DNA from: Opitutales bacterium
Lineage (GTDB): Bacteria; Verrucomicrobiota; Verrucomicrobiia; Opitutales; UBA2987
DNA: 64,000 nt
Assembly (NCBI GenBank): GCA_965226205.1
Contig: CBDDCJ010000025.1
Coordinates: forward strand, 36,800 to 100,799
Direction of reading: 5' to 3'
Positions 50,168 to 58,510 of the stretch are shown piece by piece. The translations under genes and the position numbers were made by a program. The first letter of the stretch is position 1, and the number at the start of each line of letters is the position of its first letter. Under the pieces are notes generated by a model. That model saw nothing but the letters and a program-made list of their open reading frames with translations, made no database searches and had not been told where the DNA came from.

Positions 50168-51126
50168 GCAAAATCCCTCCGGCGGCGGCCCTCGGGCGAA
50201 ACGGAAAAGAGCATGGCAGGCTGGACCTGGGCTGCTGGTCTTTCGGCGGAACCGACTGGGGTAAGCAGAGCGAACGCGATTCCCTGTCTGCCCTGGCGGC
50301 GGCCTGGGATGCTGGCATTACCCACTGGGATACGGCCCTGGATTACGGTCAAGGACAGTCGGAACGGCTTTGCGGTCAATTTCTGAAAGGAAAACGTGAC
50401 GGCGTATTCCTCGCCACCAAAGGCAATGTGGGGAATAAAGCCGCATCCATCATTGCCTCGCTCCAACACAGTCTGAAAAACCTGGGCACGGATTTTATCG
50501 ATCTTTACTACATCCACTATCCCAGAAAAGGCCTTGATTTGCGCCCCCACATGGAATTTCTGGAGAAGGAACGGGAAAAGGGACGCATTGGCGGTATCGG
50601 GGTGAGCAATTTTTCCATTCCGCAAATGGAGCAAATCGGCCAGGCGGGATGCATCGACGCCCACCAGCTCGGCTACAACCTGTTCTGGCGCCTACCGGAA
50701 AAGGAAATCATTCCTTATTGCCGGAAAATGGGAATTCCGGTGGTTACCTACAGCTCCCTCGCCCTGGGTATATTGACGGGGAAATTTTCCGCCGCTCCGG
50801 TCTTTGAAAAGGGCAATATTCGGCCCAAAAGTCTATTTTTCCGCAAGGAGGTGTGGCCTCATGTCCATGCCGCCGCTCAAAAATTAAAGCCTTTGGCGGA
50901 AGAATCGGGAAATCTCTCGCATCATCTGGCAATTCAGTGGTTGGCCCGCCAGACGGGAGTGGAAATTATCCTGGTGGGGGCGCGCAATGCAACTCAAGTC
51001 CGCCAAAACGCGGTCGCCCTGGAAAACGAAGCGCAAGAGAAAATTTTTAAGGAAATGTATGCCCTGAGCGACGAGCTGCACCTCCATTACCCCCTGGAAA
51101 CCAATATTTTTCAATGGCATCCCTGA
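50164..51126 (+). CDS. aldo/keto reductase
   Basis: ...GITHWDTALDYGQGQSE..., LATKG and IDLYYIH are AKR hallmarks. The start overlaps the preceding stop (ATGA). Confidence 0.85.
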   Translation: MSKIPPAAALGRNGKEHGRLDLGCWSFGGTDWGKQSERDSLSALAAAWDAGITHWDTALDYGQGQSERLCGQFLKGKRDGVFLATKGNVGNKAASIIASLQHSLKNLGTDFIDLYYIHYPRKGLDLRPHMEFLEKEREKGRIGGIGVSNFSIPQMEQIGQAGCIDAHQLGYNLFWRLPEKEIIPYCRKMGIPVVTYSSLALGILTGKFSAAPVFEKGNIRPKSLFFRKEVWPHVHAAAQKLKPLAEESGNLSHHLAIQWLARQTGVEIILVGARNATQVRQNAVALENEAQEKIFKEMYALSDELHLHYPLETNIFQWHP

Positions 51127-51279
51127 ATAATGATTTCGCAAAAAAATTGGCGTTTACGGAATTAAGGGCCTGCCATCCCACTCTAAATTAAGGTATAATT
51201 TCCTCTATCCTCTTCTTAGAACCAGGTTGCTTTTCCCCGGCTTTCTGCTCTAAATTAAATTCTCTCACCTACCCTGCAA

Positions 51280-52635
51280 ATGAAACACATGCTTATTGCC
51301 TTGGTCATCATGCTGGCTTCTCCGGCCGCCGTTCCGGGTCAATCCTCGCTGTCTGAAGAAAAGATCAAGTCTCACATGAGAGAACTTTCCCAGAGGGGGC
51401 TCAACCGGGCCATGGTGGTGGGGATCATCAATCCCGAGGGCAAACGTTACTTTTTTGAGGGAACCTTCCGGGAAGGAGACACCCGCCGGGTGAACGCCCG
51501 CACGGTCTTCGAAATTGGGTCGTTGACGCAGTTTTTCACCGCATTGCTGGCTGCTCAGATAGCCGATATGGACTGGAAAGCGCCAGCATCGACCTACCTG
51601 CCGGAGGAAATGAAACTGCCGGCTTTTGAGGGAACCGAAATAACTCTGGGCGCCCTACTCGAGCAGACCTCGGGATTGCCCAAACTGCCTACAAACCTGA
51701 AACCGGAGATCAGAAAAAATCCCTTTGCTGATTATTCACGGGAATCATTGGCGGATTTTATCAACAAATATGAATTGCCGGTAAAGCCCGGAAGAAAATT
51801 CGTACTTTCGCCGGTCGGTTACGGGCTTGTCGGGCTGGCCGTGGAGCAGCAGACTGGAGAAAGCTTTGAGGCATTGGTCAAATCACGCATTTGCGAACCA
51901 CTGGAAATGAAAAATACCTCCGTTTCTCTAAATGAAGTGCAGCGCTACAACCTGGCCCGGGGGCACAGGGGGGAAACCCAAGCGCCTCTTTGGGATATGC
52001 CTGCCCTTGCCGGTTCCGGCGCCCTCAGATCTGATGCCAAAGATATGCTTCAGTTTCTCGGCGCCAATCTGGGCCTAATTGAGAGCCCACTCCTGCCGGC
52101 CATGGAAAAGACCCACCAGATTCTCCTGAAGTCGGAAAAAAACAATATGGCCGTGGCCGCGGGCTGGTTGATATTCCGAACCGAAAATACAAATATTTAT
52201 TATCGCAGCGGCTTGACCGGTGGCCATGCCAGCTTTGCCGGGTTTCACAAGAAAACCAAAACGGGCGTTATCGTTTTGAGCAATTCCGCATCTTCGGTCG
52301 AAAAATTTGGCTTATCTCTGCTCGATCACGAATATTTCAAACTCCGGGAATTCGTCCCAATTATCAAAATTTCTGAAGCCGCCAGGCGTCAATATGCCGG
52401 GGTCTTCCAGCTACCCAGCGGCCTTCGCATCCTCATTCATCGCAAAGAAGGACACCTCACGGCTCAATTCGAGCAAAGCGCCCGCCACCGCATCCAGCCC
52501 ATAAAAGAGGACACCTTCTACCACCCAATAATGAAAATCGAACTCACCTTCCAAAGAAACGACAAAGGAATCATCGACAAACTCAGTTTCCCCCAAGGAG
52601 AAGAAACCCTAACCGCCACCAGAATCCGCATCTGA
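51280..52635 (+). CDS. secreted beta-lactamase/PBP-fold (serine hydrolase family) protein with substituted catalytic motifs
   Basis: Signal peptide, then FEIGSLTQFFTALLAAQ where the family has S-x-x-K, and FVLSPVGYGLVGLAVE where it has Y-S-N. The rest of the fold pattern is conserved (PLEMKNT, ...VIVLSNS...). Confidence 0.7.
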   Translation: MKHMLIALVIMLASPAAVPGQSSLSEEKIKSHMRELSQRGLNRAMVVGIINPEGKRYFFEGTFREGDTRRVNARTVFEIGSLTQFFTALLAAQIADMDWKAPASTYLPEEMKLPAFEGTEITLGALLEQTSGLPKLPTNLKPEIRKNPFADYSRESLADFINKYELPVKPGRKFVLSPVGYGLVGLAVEQQTGESFEALVKSRICEPLEMKNTSVSLNEVQRYNLARGHRGETQAPLWDMPALAGSGALRSDAKDMLQFLGANLGLIESPLLPAMEKTHQILLKSEKNNMAVAAGWLIFRTENTNIYYRSGLTGGHASFAGFHKKTKTGVIVLSNSASSVEKFGLSLLDHEYFKLREFVPIIKISEAARRQYAGVFQLPSGLRILIHRKEGHLTAQFEQSARHRIQPIKEDTFYHPIMKIELTFQRNDKGIIDKLSFPQGEETLTATRIRI

Positions 52636-52661
52636 GCGCGTTTTTTTTTCGTTAGCTGATG

Positions 52662-52952
52662 TCAACCGTTCGGTTGAACGCGTAATCTCAAATATGACTT
52701 ATAATCGCTAAGGCCAAATGGACATTCCAACAAATCGTCAAACTGATCAATGGAAAGTAAAAGTTGACGCGCCATTGATTTGTAGGTTTTCGGGCGAAGC
52801 TGTTTCTTGCCTTTCGGAACCGTTATCCTCGCTGTTTTTTTTCCTTCATGGTAGTACCATCCATTGAGTTCTTTACCTGAGCGAAAGCTGATTTTTAATT
52901 TAGTCTCACACTTTTTTCGAACATCAGATGAATTAAATGAAGCATTTTTCAT
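52662..52952 (-). CDS. small basic protein, distantly HicA-like (third gene of the cassette)
   Basis: 96 aa. ...GWYYHEGKKTARITVPKGKKQLRPKTYKSMARQLLLSIDQFDDLL resembles the HicA beta-strand-to-helix layout (...itvP.h.kdl..gt..si.kq.gls..ef..l) but lacks the GSHH histidine. Its start is 1 nt after the upstream stop. Confidence 0.35.
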   Translation of the reverse strand: MKNASFNSSDVRKKCETKLKISFRSGKELNGWYYHEGKKTARITVPKGKKQLRPKTYKSMARQLLLSIDQFDDLLECPFGLSDYKSYLRLRVQPNG

Positions 52953-52953
52953 G

Positions 52954-53379
52954 TCACGATATCACCGTTTCGAGCAAACTTCTATACCGAGTCCATTCAT
53001 CTGAAAGATTCTTTCCATCTTTTATCTCTATCCATAACTCTTCAATCTCTTGTTTGAGCCCTTCAATGGCTTCAATGGGATCAGCGCCTTCAGAGTAAAT
53101 TGGGATATCGATTAGCGAAGCGATATATTGATCTTCATCTTCTTCCACAAGTATGTCCAATGATTTTGCGAGGGAATACTTGTGTAAAACATTTATCTTA
53201 AGAAATCCTAATTGCCTGGGAGCCATTTCAATCATGGAGCCAGACCCCAAAATCGAGGAACGATATAACTCATTATATTCCTCTAACGACATAGTGACTT
53301 GACCTCCTGTTGCATTTGATTGTTGCTCAGCAAGCCCTCGATAATTCCCTCGATTCGAGTCTGTTAATTGTTTTATCAT
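52954..53379 (-). CDS. HicB-like (UPF0150-type) domain protein with a ~60-aa N-terminal extension (second gene of the cassette)
   Basis: 141 aa. ...SLDILVEEDEDQYIASLIDIPIYSEGADPIEAIEGLKQEIEELW matches the HicB N-domain pattern. No recognisable RHH or HTH DNA-binding domain is present. Its start overlaps the upstream stop (ATGA). Confidence 0.45.
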   Translation of the reverse strand: MIKQLTDSNRGNYRGLAEQQSNATGGQVTMSLEEYNELYRSSILGSGSMIEMAPRQLGFLKINVLHKYSLAKSLDILVEEDEDQYIASLIDIPIYSEGADPIEAIEGLKQEIEELWIEIKDGKNLSDEWTRYRSLLETVIS

Positions 53380-53717
53380 GTTGCTTGTTCGCGTTGTTCA
53401 AGTTCCTGAACTTTATTGCTCAGCCAGGTATTGAATTGTTTCGCAGATTTAAGATTAAAGATTACACCTTGTTCGATAAACCGAATGATGTTAACATTGT
53501 GTTCCGGTGGATCGATTGAAACTACATCTCCAAGTTTTCCTTCTGGATTAACACTTTGTTCTACGGCCTTTGGAACAGGAAGTCTTTCAAAATAAAAGTT
53601 TGCAACAATCTCGCCTTGAGGAGTCAAGCCGCCAATAGCGCCATTGGCATATACCGGGTTATAGTCGTCCGAATACCTATAGATAAATTTAACGTTCTGG
53701 TTCTCCTCTGATTGCAT
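53376..53717 (-). CDS. DUF3467-like small protein (first gene of the cassette)
   Basis: 113 aa. ...PVYANGAIGGLTPQGEIVANFYFE... and ...IFNLKSAKQFNTWLSNKVQELEQ weakly resemble DUF3467 (YaN.a.i..s..Ef.ldF ... l.p..ak.l...L...i..ye). Low certainty. Confidence 0.35.
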   Translation of the reverse strand: MQSEENQNVKFIYRYSDDYNPVYANGAIGGLTPQGEIVANFYFERLPVPKAVEQSVNPEGKLGDVVSIDPPEHNVNIIRFIEQGVIFNLKSAKQFNTWLSNKVQELEQREQAT

Positions 53718-53828
53718 ACTCTAAAATCTCAACTGAATTTATTAGTTTAGGCAACTTAATTCGCCCGGTAATTAGTTTTGCACAGGTCCCAACTAATAAG
53801 AATTCTTAATTGCGATTTGTGCCGGCGC

Positions 53829-54063
53829 CTGGTCGATTTTTTGTAGTTCGCCGCGGAAGCTGCCCCATTTTACTTTGCTGATGATTTTCAGGGGGAGTTT
53901 GCGGTGGTCGTTGGAAGCCCAGAATGGGAGGGAGGTTTTCCTGGGTTTTCGAAGGTGATGTTGACGCTTATTTGACGCAGATCGGGCTGAACCTGGAGGT
54001 CTTCATTGATTCCCGGTTATGTGCGGCGCTTCTTTTCTTCAAACACCCGAACCTGCGCCCACG
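53829..54063 (-). pseudogene. decayed duplicate of the 3' part of the DUF3108 gene
   Basis: About 235 bp align by eye with 55092-55320. The first ~125 bp are above 90 percent identical and identity falls after that. Indels break the frame. Confidence 0.8.
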
Positions 54064-54072
54064 TCTACTATC

Positions 54073-55038
54073 TCAGCCAGCCGGTTTCAGTTTGGCTATT
54101 TTTTCAGCTATTTCCTCCTTGGTGGGATATCCTCTCGATTCATACAACCTGCAAGCTGGATAATCCGTAGGTTTGGCCCCAAATAAATCAGCCCCGTTGA
54201 CCAATATAGTAGGGCTTCCATATTTCGAGACGTATGGCGGCGCCTCTGGATCGTTGGAATTCCATTTTTTAAAAATTTTTGAAATACCTTGCTCCTTCAG
54301 CGCAAGAGCCAAATTATCGCCAGCTATGCCGGCATTTGGGCATCCTTCGAAATAAATGAATTCTAATTCGCTCACGAGATTATCCTGGGTTCGGGTCAGG
54401 TTTAACAAATCTTCGTTAATTTTAAAAAGATTAAATTTTCTATCGGGTGGGGCTCCGGTGGTTGCGGGCAGTTGATGGTACCAAAACGCAGGTTTTGGAA
54501 ATAACCCGCTATCCCAAGTTGAATTTCTTTCATAAAACAAATAAACATCCCATGCCTTCCCGCTAAGATGCAATGATTCTGCGGCCAGGCTGGCAATTTC
54601 CCCTTCGGCATCCCAATATTCTTTTAGACCTTTGTTTAAAAAAACGGGCCGTTGATGATTCGGTGAGTCATTTTCCAATATTGGAGTCCAAATCAATACA
54701 ATATCCATGGATTCGGGATTAATATTATCCACCAGTTGGACGATTCCCTGGATACATATGGGGCATGAGGGCGAGAGGATGGATACCAATAATGGTTTTC
54801 CGGAGCGCTTGAACTCCTGTTCGAGGTCAGCCGGCCCACCCATTTGTATATCACGTTTTTCGTAACGAAAATCATTGGTTTTTAAGTGGTTAATGGAACA
54901 TTCCTGGTTGCCGCAACAATCCGGACTGGCGGAAGAATCATCAATTGCAGAAAAGATCAGGAACAATAGAGATATGCGGATGGCTACATGAATCATGTGG
55001 ATAAGAGAAAATTTCGGTTTTAAATATTCCCTTGTCAT
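54073..55038 (-). CDS. membrane-anchored or secreted thioredoxin-fold protein (two Trx-like modules)
   Basis: The start is placed at ATG 55038, giving MTREYLKPKFSLIHMIHVAIRISLLFLIFSAI. A CxxC motif lies in LSPSCPIC. The C-terminal module EFIYFEGCPN...YGSPTILVNGADL resembles small thioredoxin/glutaredoxin-like proteins. The ORF track start at 55131 overlaps the DUF3108 gene. Confidence 0.5.
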   Translation of the reverse strand: MTREYLKPKFSLIHMIHVAIRISLLFLIFSAIDDSSASPDCCGNQECSINHLKTNDFRYEKRDIQMGGPADLEQEFKRSGKPLLVSILSPSCPICIQGIVQLVDNINPESMDIVLIWTPILENDSPNHQRPVFLNKGLKEYWDAEGEIASLAAESLHLSGKAWDVYLFYERNSTWDSGLFPKPAFWYHQLPATTGAPPDRKFNLFKINEDLLNLTRTQDNLVSELEFIYFEGCPNAGIAGDNLALALKEQGISKIFKKWNSNDPEAPPYVSKYGSPTILVNGADLFGAKPTDYPACRLYESRGYPTKEEIAEKIAKLKPAG

Positions 55039-55055
55039 AAAAGCGTCAAAAATTT

Positions 55056-55876
55056 TCAAGATGGGTCTTTCCCGGGATTGCCGGTTGGAATCTGGTCGAT
55101 TTTTTGCAGTTCCGCTCGGAAGCTGCCCCATTTTACTTTGCTGATGATTTTCAGGGGCAGTTTGCGGTGGTCGTTGGAGACCCAGAATTGGAGGTAGGTT
55201 TTCCTGGGTTTTTCGAAGGCGACGCTGACTTCGCGCAGATCGGGCTGCACGAGGAAAGCTTCCAGGCTTCCGAACTTTGTGTGGAGCTTCTTTTTCTTGA
55301 ACACTTGCACCGGCACACGGCGGTATTTTTTTCCGTCGGTCATGAGGACCCGCCTAGTCAGGCCAACCTTCAAAGGCCAGAGACGGGCCGCGAATATGGA
55401 GGTGAGCGGGTCGTAGGCGTCGCCCGGTAGAGTAATCGGCTCCCGCGTCTTTCCCCGCAGGGAGTACTGGGCTGTTTTTTTACCCAGTCGAAAATCACTT
55501 CCACCACCCGGCTTTTGTTTTTGTGTTTTTCCTTTTTGGAGATGTGCAATGTGCGCGTAAAATCAAGGTTCACATAGCTTACGTGAATGTCCCGGATCGG
55601 ATAGAGGGCGTCGGCAAAGCCATTGGTCCTGAGATTGAAAGTCAGCCGGTAGGCCGGTTCGCCCTGAAAAGTGAGCGGCCCCTTAACGCTGAGCACTCCG
55701 GTTCCGACATGAAAAAACCCCCAATGGAGTTTGTCAGTCAAAGTTTCGCCCGGGGGAAAGGGGAGCGGGTCAATGGCTAGATCCGCATGGGCGCAGGCGG
55801 TGAAACCAAGAAACAGTCCGCTAAAGACCATTTTTACCCATGACCACATTGGCGCTGGAGGACTCATTTTATTCAT
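55056..55876 (-). pseudogene. DUF3108 family gene split by a frameshift in an A7/T7 homopolymer
   Basis: The N-terminal part runs from ATG 55876 ([31 protein letters not shown]..., GETLTDKLHWGFFHVGTGVL...) to ...VIFDWVKK. One extra A in the run at 55475-55481 would continue as TAQYSLRGKTREPITLPGDAYDPLTSIFAARLWPLKVGLTRRVLMTDGKKY..., joining ORF 55056-55373. The start overlaps the glgP stop. Confidence 0.75.
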
Positions 55877-58416
55877 CAATCCTCGACCGGCAAAGGATCG
55901 AGCCCCCAGATATCCGAGGCGTATTCGCGGATGGTGCGATCGGTGGAAAATTTCCCCATGCGGGCGGTGTTGAGGATGGCCATGCGGGCCCAGCGTTCCT
56001 TGTCGCGGTAGGCCAGATCGATCTCCCGTTGGGTATTGAGGTAGGATTCGAAATCGGCCAACACGAGGAAGGGATCGCCGCCCTCGAGCAGGTTGCGCCG
56101 CAGGGGGGCCAGGGCGTAAGAGTCCTCCGGCGTGAAATAGTTCGACCCCAGCCAATCGACGGCATGGCGCAATTCCTCATTGGCATAATAATGATCGAAA
56201 GGATTATAACCGCGCCTTTGCCGCTCTTCCACTTCTTCCACCGTATGGCCAAAAATAAAAATGTTTTCCTCGCCCACCTCTTCCCGGATTTCCACGTTGG
56301 CCCCGTCCAGGGTCCCGATGGTGACCGCGCCGTTGAGGGCCAGTTTCATGTTTCCGGTGCCGGAAGCCTCCTTTCCAGCCAGGGATATTTGTTCCGAGAT
56401 ATCGGCCGATGGAATGATGCGCTCGGCCAAGGTAATGCCGTAGTTGGGCAAGAAAACGACCTTGATTTTGCCGCCGATGCGGGGGTCGCCGTTGATTTTC
56501 GACCCCACCGCGTTGATGGCGTGGATGATGGTCTTGGCCAAGTCGTAGCCGGGGGCAGCTTTGGCCGCAAAGATGAAGACCCGGGGGTGCATATCGTAAT
56601 CGGGATCGCGCAGAATCCGGCGGTAGAGGGTCAGAATATGGAGCAGGTTGAGGTGCTGCCGCTTGTATTCATGCAATCGTTTGACCTGCACATCGAATAT
56701 GGCCCCGGTATCGACTTTCAGATGGCATAATTCGGCAATAATAGTGGCCAGTTCCTCTTTGTTCTTTTTCTTGGCCTCCATAAAACGCCGCTGGAAGTCC
56801 TTGTCCTGGGCGAAGGGTTCGAGGTCGTGGAATTTTTCCAGATCCAGCGGCCAATCGCCGCCGATGGTTTCGTCAATCAATTCGGACAAATGTGGATTGC
56901 AGGCCTTGAGCCAACGGCGTGGCGTTATGCCGTTGGTTTTGTTGTTGAACTTACGCGGATACAATTCGTTGAAGGTGGGGAAGAGGCGGCTCTTGAGTAA
57001 TTTGGTGTGCAGGGCGGCCACGCCGTTGACCGAGTGGCTGGCCACCACGCTCAGGTGGGCCATGCGAATTTTCTTGGGGCGGCCTTCTTCGATGAGGGAC
57101 AGTTCTCTCTTTTTGACATCGTCCCCCGGCCATTTCGTTTCCACCTCCTCTTCCAGGAAACGGCGGTTGATTTCGTAAAGTATTTGTAGATGGCGCGGGA
57201 GCACTTTTTCAAACAGGGGTACGCTCCATTTTTCCAGCGCTTCCGGCATCAGCGTGTGGTTGGTATAGGCGAAAACCTGGCGGCAGATTTGCCAGGCCCG
57301 GTCCCACTCGAGATGCTCGAGATCGATAAAAATCCGCATTAATTCGGGAATGGCCACCGAGGGGTGGGTGTCGTTGAGATGCAGGGCGATTTTTTCCGGA
57401 AAGGCTTCCCACCCGGCATTGAGGTTGCGGTAGCGCCGGATGATATCCTGTAGGGAACAGGAGACGAAAAAGTATTGCTGCACGAGGCGCAGTTCCTTGC
57501 CGCTCTCGGTTTTGTCGTTGGGGTAGAGAACCTTGGAAATGGTCTCCCCTTCGGCCTTTTCGCGCACCGCCTCGACATAACCGCCCTCGAAAAACACGGC
57601 CAGGTCAAACTCCTCTGAGGCGCGGGATTCCCACAGACGCAAGAAATTTACGGTTTTGGCCCCGTAGCCGCAAATGGGAAGGTCCCAAGGCACTCCGAGG
57701 ATGGTTTTGGCGCCCACCCAGGAGGGCGCGCCTTCCCCGAAGTCGTCAAAACGGTCCTCCACATGCCCGTAAATTTTAACTTCGATGGCATACTCCGGGC
57801 GCATGATTTGCCAGGGATTGGGAAATTGCAGCCAGTTGTCCGGGTGCTCGACTTGTTTGCCATGGAGGATCTCCTGCCGGAAAAGCCCGAATTCGTAATG
57901 GATGCCATAACCGATGGCAGGCAGTTCCAGGGTGGCCAGGGAATCCAGGAAACAGGCCGCCAAACGGCCCAGCCCGCCGTTGCCCAGGCCCATCTCCACT
58001 TCTTCGTCGCAAAGGCCCTCCAGGCTCAGCCCTAGGGAGGCCAAAGCTTTTTTGGTCGCCTCGAAAAGACCGGCGCTGTGCAAATTGTTGGAAAGAAGCC
58101 GCCCCATGAGGTACTCGAGCGAAAGGTAATAGACCCGGCGGGTGTTCTCTCCGTTGTGGGTGTCCATGGTCTTAATGAACCGCTCCATGATTCGGTCGCG
58201 CACCGCCATGCTGGTGGAGAGCCACCAATCCCGCCGCGTGGCCGTGTTGGGGTGGCGGGCCAGGGTGTATTTGAGGTGATTCAAAATGGAGGTGGCCAGG
58301 CTCTCGAAATCGCTGTCGATATTGAACTTGAACCCAGTGCTGGGCTTTAGAATCCGCTCGGCAAGATCACTTTTATTGTTTTTTGGCTTTGGGGATTTGG
58401 CGGGGATGGATTTCAT
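55876..58416 (-). CDS. glgP: glycogen/alpha-glucan phosphorylase
   Basis: 846 aa with the pyridoxal-phosphate lysine motif [14 protein letters not shown] and family-typical sequence throughout. Confidence 0.95.
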   Translation of the reverse strand: MKSIPAKSPKPKNNKSDLAERILKPSTGFKFNIDSDFESLATSILNHLKYTLARHPNTATRRDWWLSTSMAVRDRIMERFIKTMDTHNGENTRRVYYLSLEYLMGRLLSNNLHSAGLFEATKKALASLGLSLEGLCDEEVEMGLGNGGLGRLAACFLDSLATLELPAIGYGIHYEFGLFRQEILHGKQVEHPDNWLQFPNPWQIMRPEYAIEVKIYGHVEDRFDDFGEGAPSWVGAKTILGVPWDLPICGYGAKTVNFLRLWESRASEEFDLAVFFEGGYVEAVREKAEGETISKVLYPNDKTESGKELRLVQQYFFVSCSLQDIIRRYRNLNAGWEAFPEKIALHLNDTHPSVAIPELMRIFIDLEHLEWDRAWQICRQVFAYTNHTLMPEALEKWSVPLFEKVLPRHLQILYEINRRFLEEEVETKWPGDDVKKRELSLIEEGRPKKIRMAHLSVVASHSVNGVAALHTKLLKSRLFPTFNELYPRKFNNKTNGITPRRWLKACNPHLSELIDETIGGDWPLDLEKFHDLEPFAQDKDFQRRFMEAKKKNKEELATIIAELCHLKVDTGAIFDVQVKRLHEYKRQHLNLLHILTLYRRILRDPDYDMHPRVFIFAAKAAPGYDLAKTIIHAINAVGSKINGDPRIGGKIKVVFLPNYGITLAERIIPSADISEQISLAGKEASGTGNMKLALNGAVTIGTLDGANVEIREEVGEENIFIFGHTVEEVEERQRRGYNPFDHYYANEELRHAVDWLGSNYFTPEDSYALAPLRRNLLEGGDPFLVLADFESYLNTQREIDLAYRDKERWARMAILNTARMGKFSTDRTIREYASDIWGLDPLPVED

Positions 58417-58510
58417 GAATTATTAATGGAAAGTGGGGTCGAATAAACGCCACAGACGAGGAGTGAAGTCCAAATTTGATTGATTTAAGACAACATCGGA
58501 TCGGCCAGGT

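Noticed and set aside
55877-56155. 93-codon N-terminal extension of the DUF3108 ORF (ORF track 55370-56155)
   Set aside because: The extension overlaps the 3' end of glgP and is Arg/Pro/Gly/His-rich. A Met followed by a proper signal peptide ([31 protein letters not shown]) starts at 55876.
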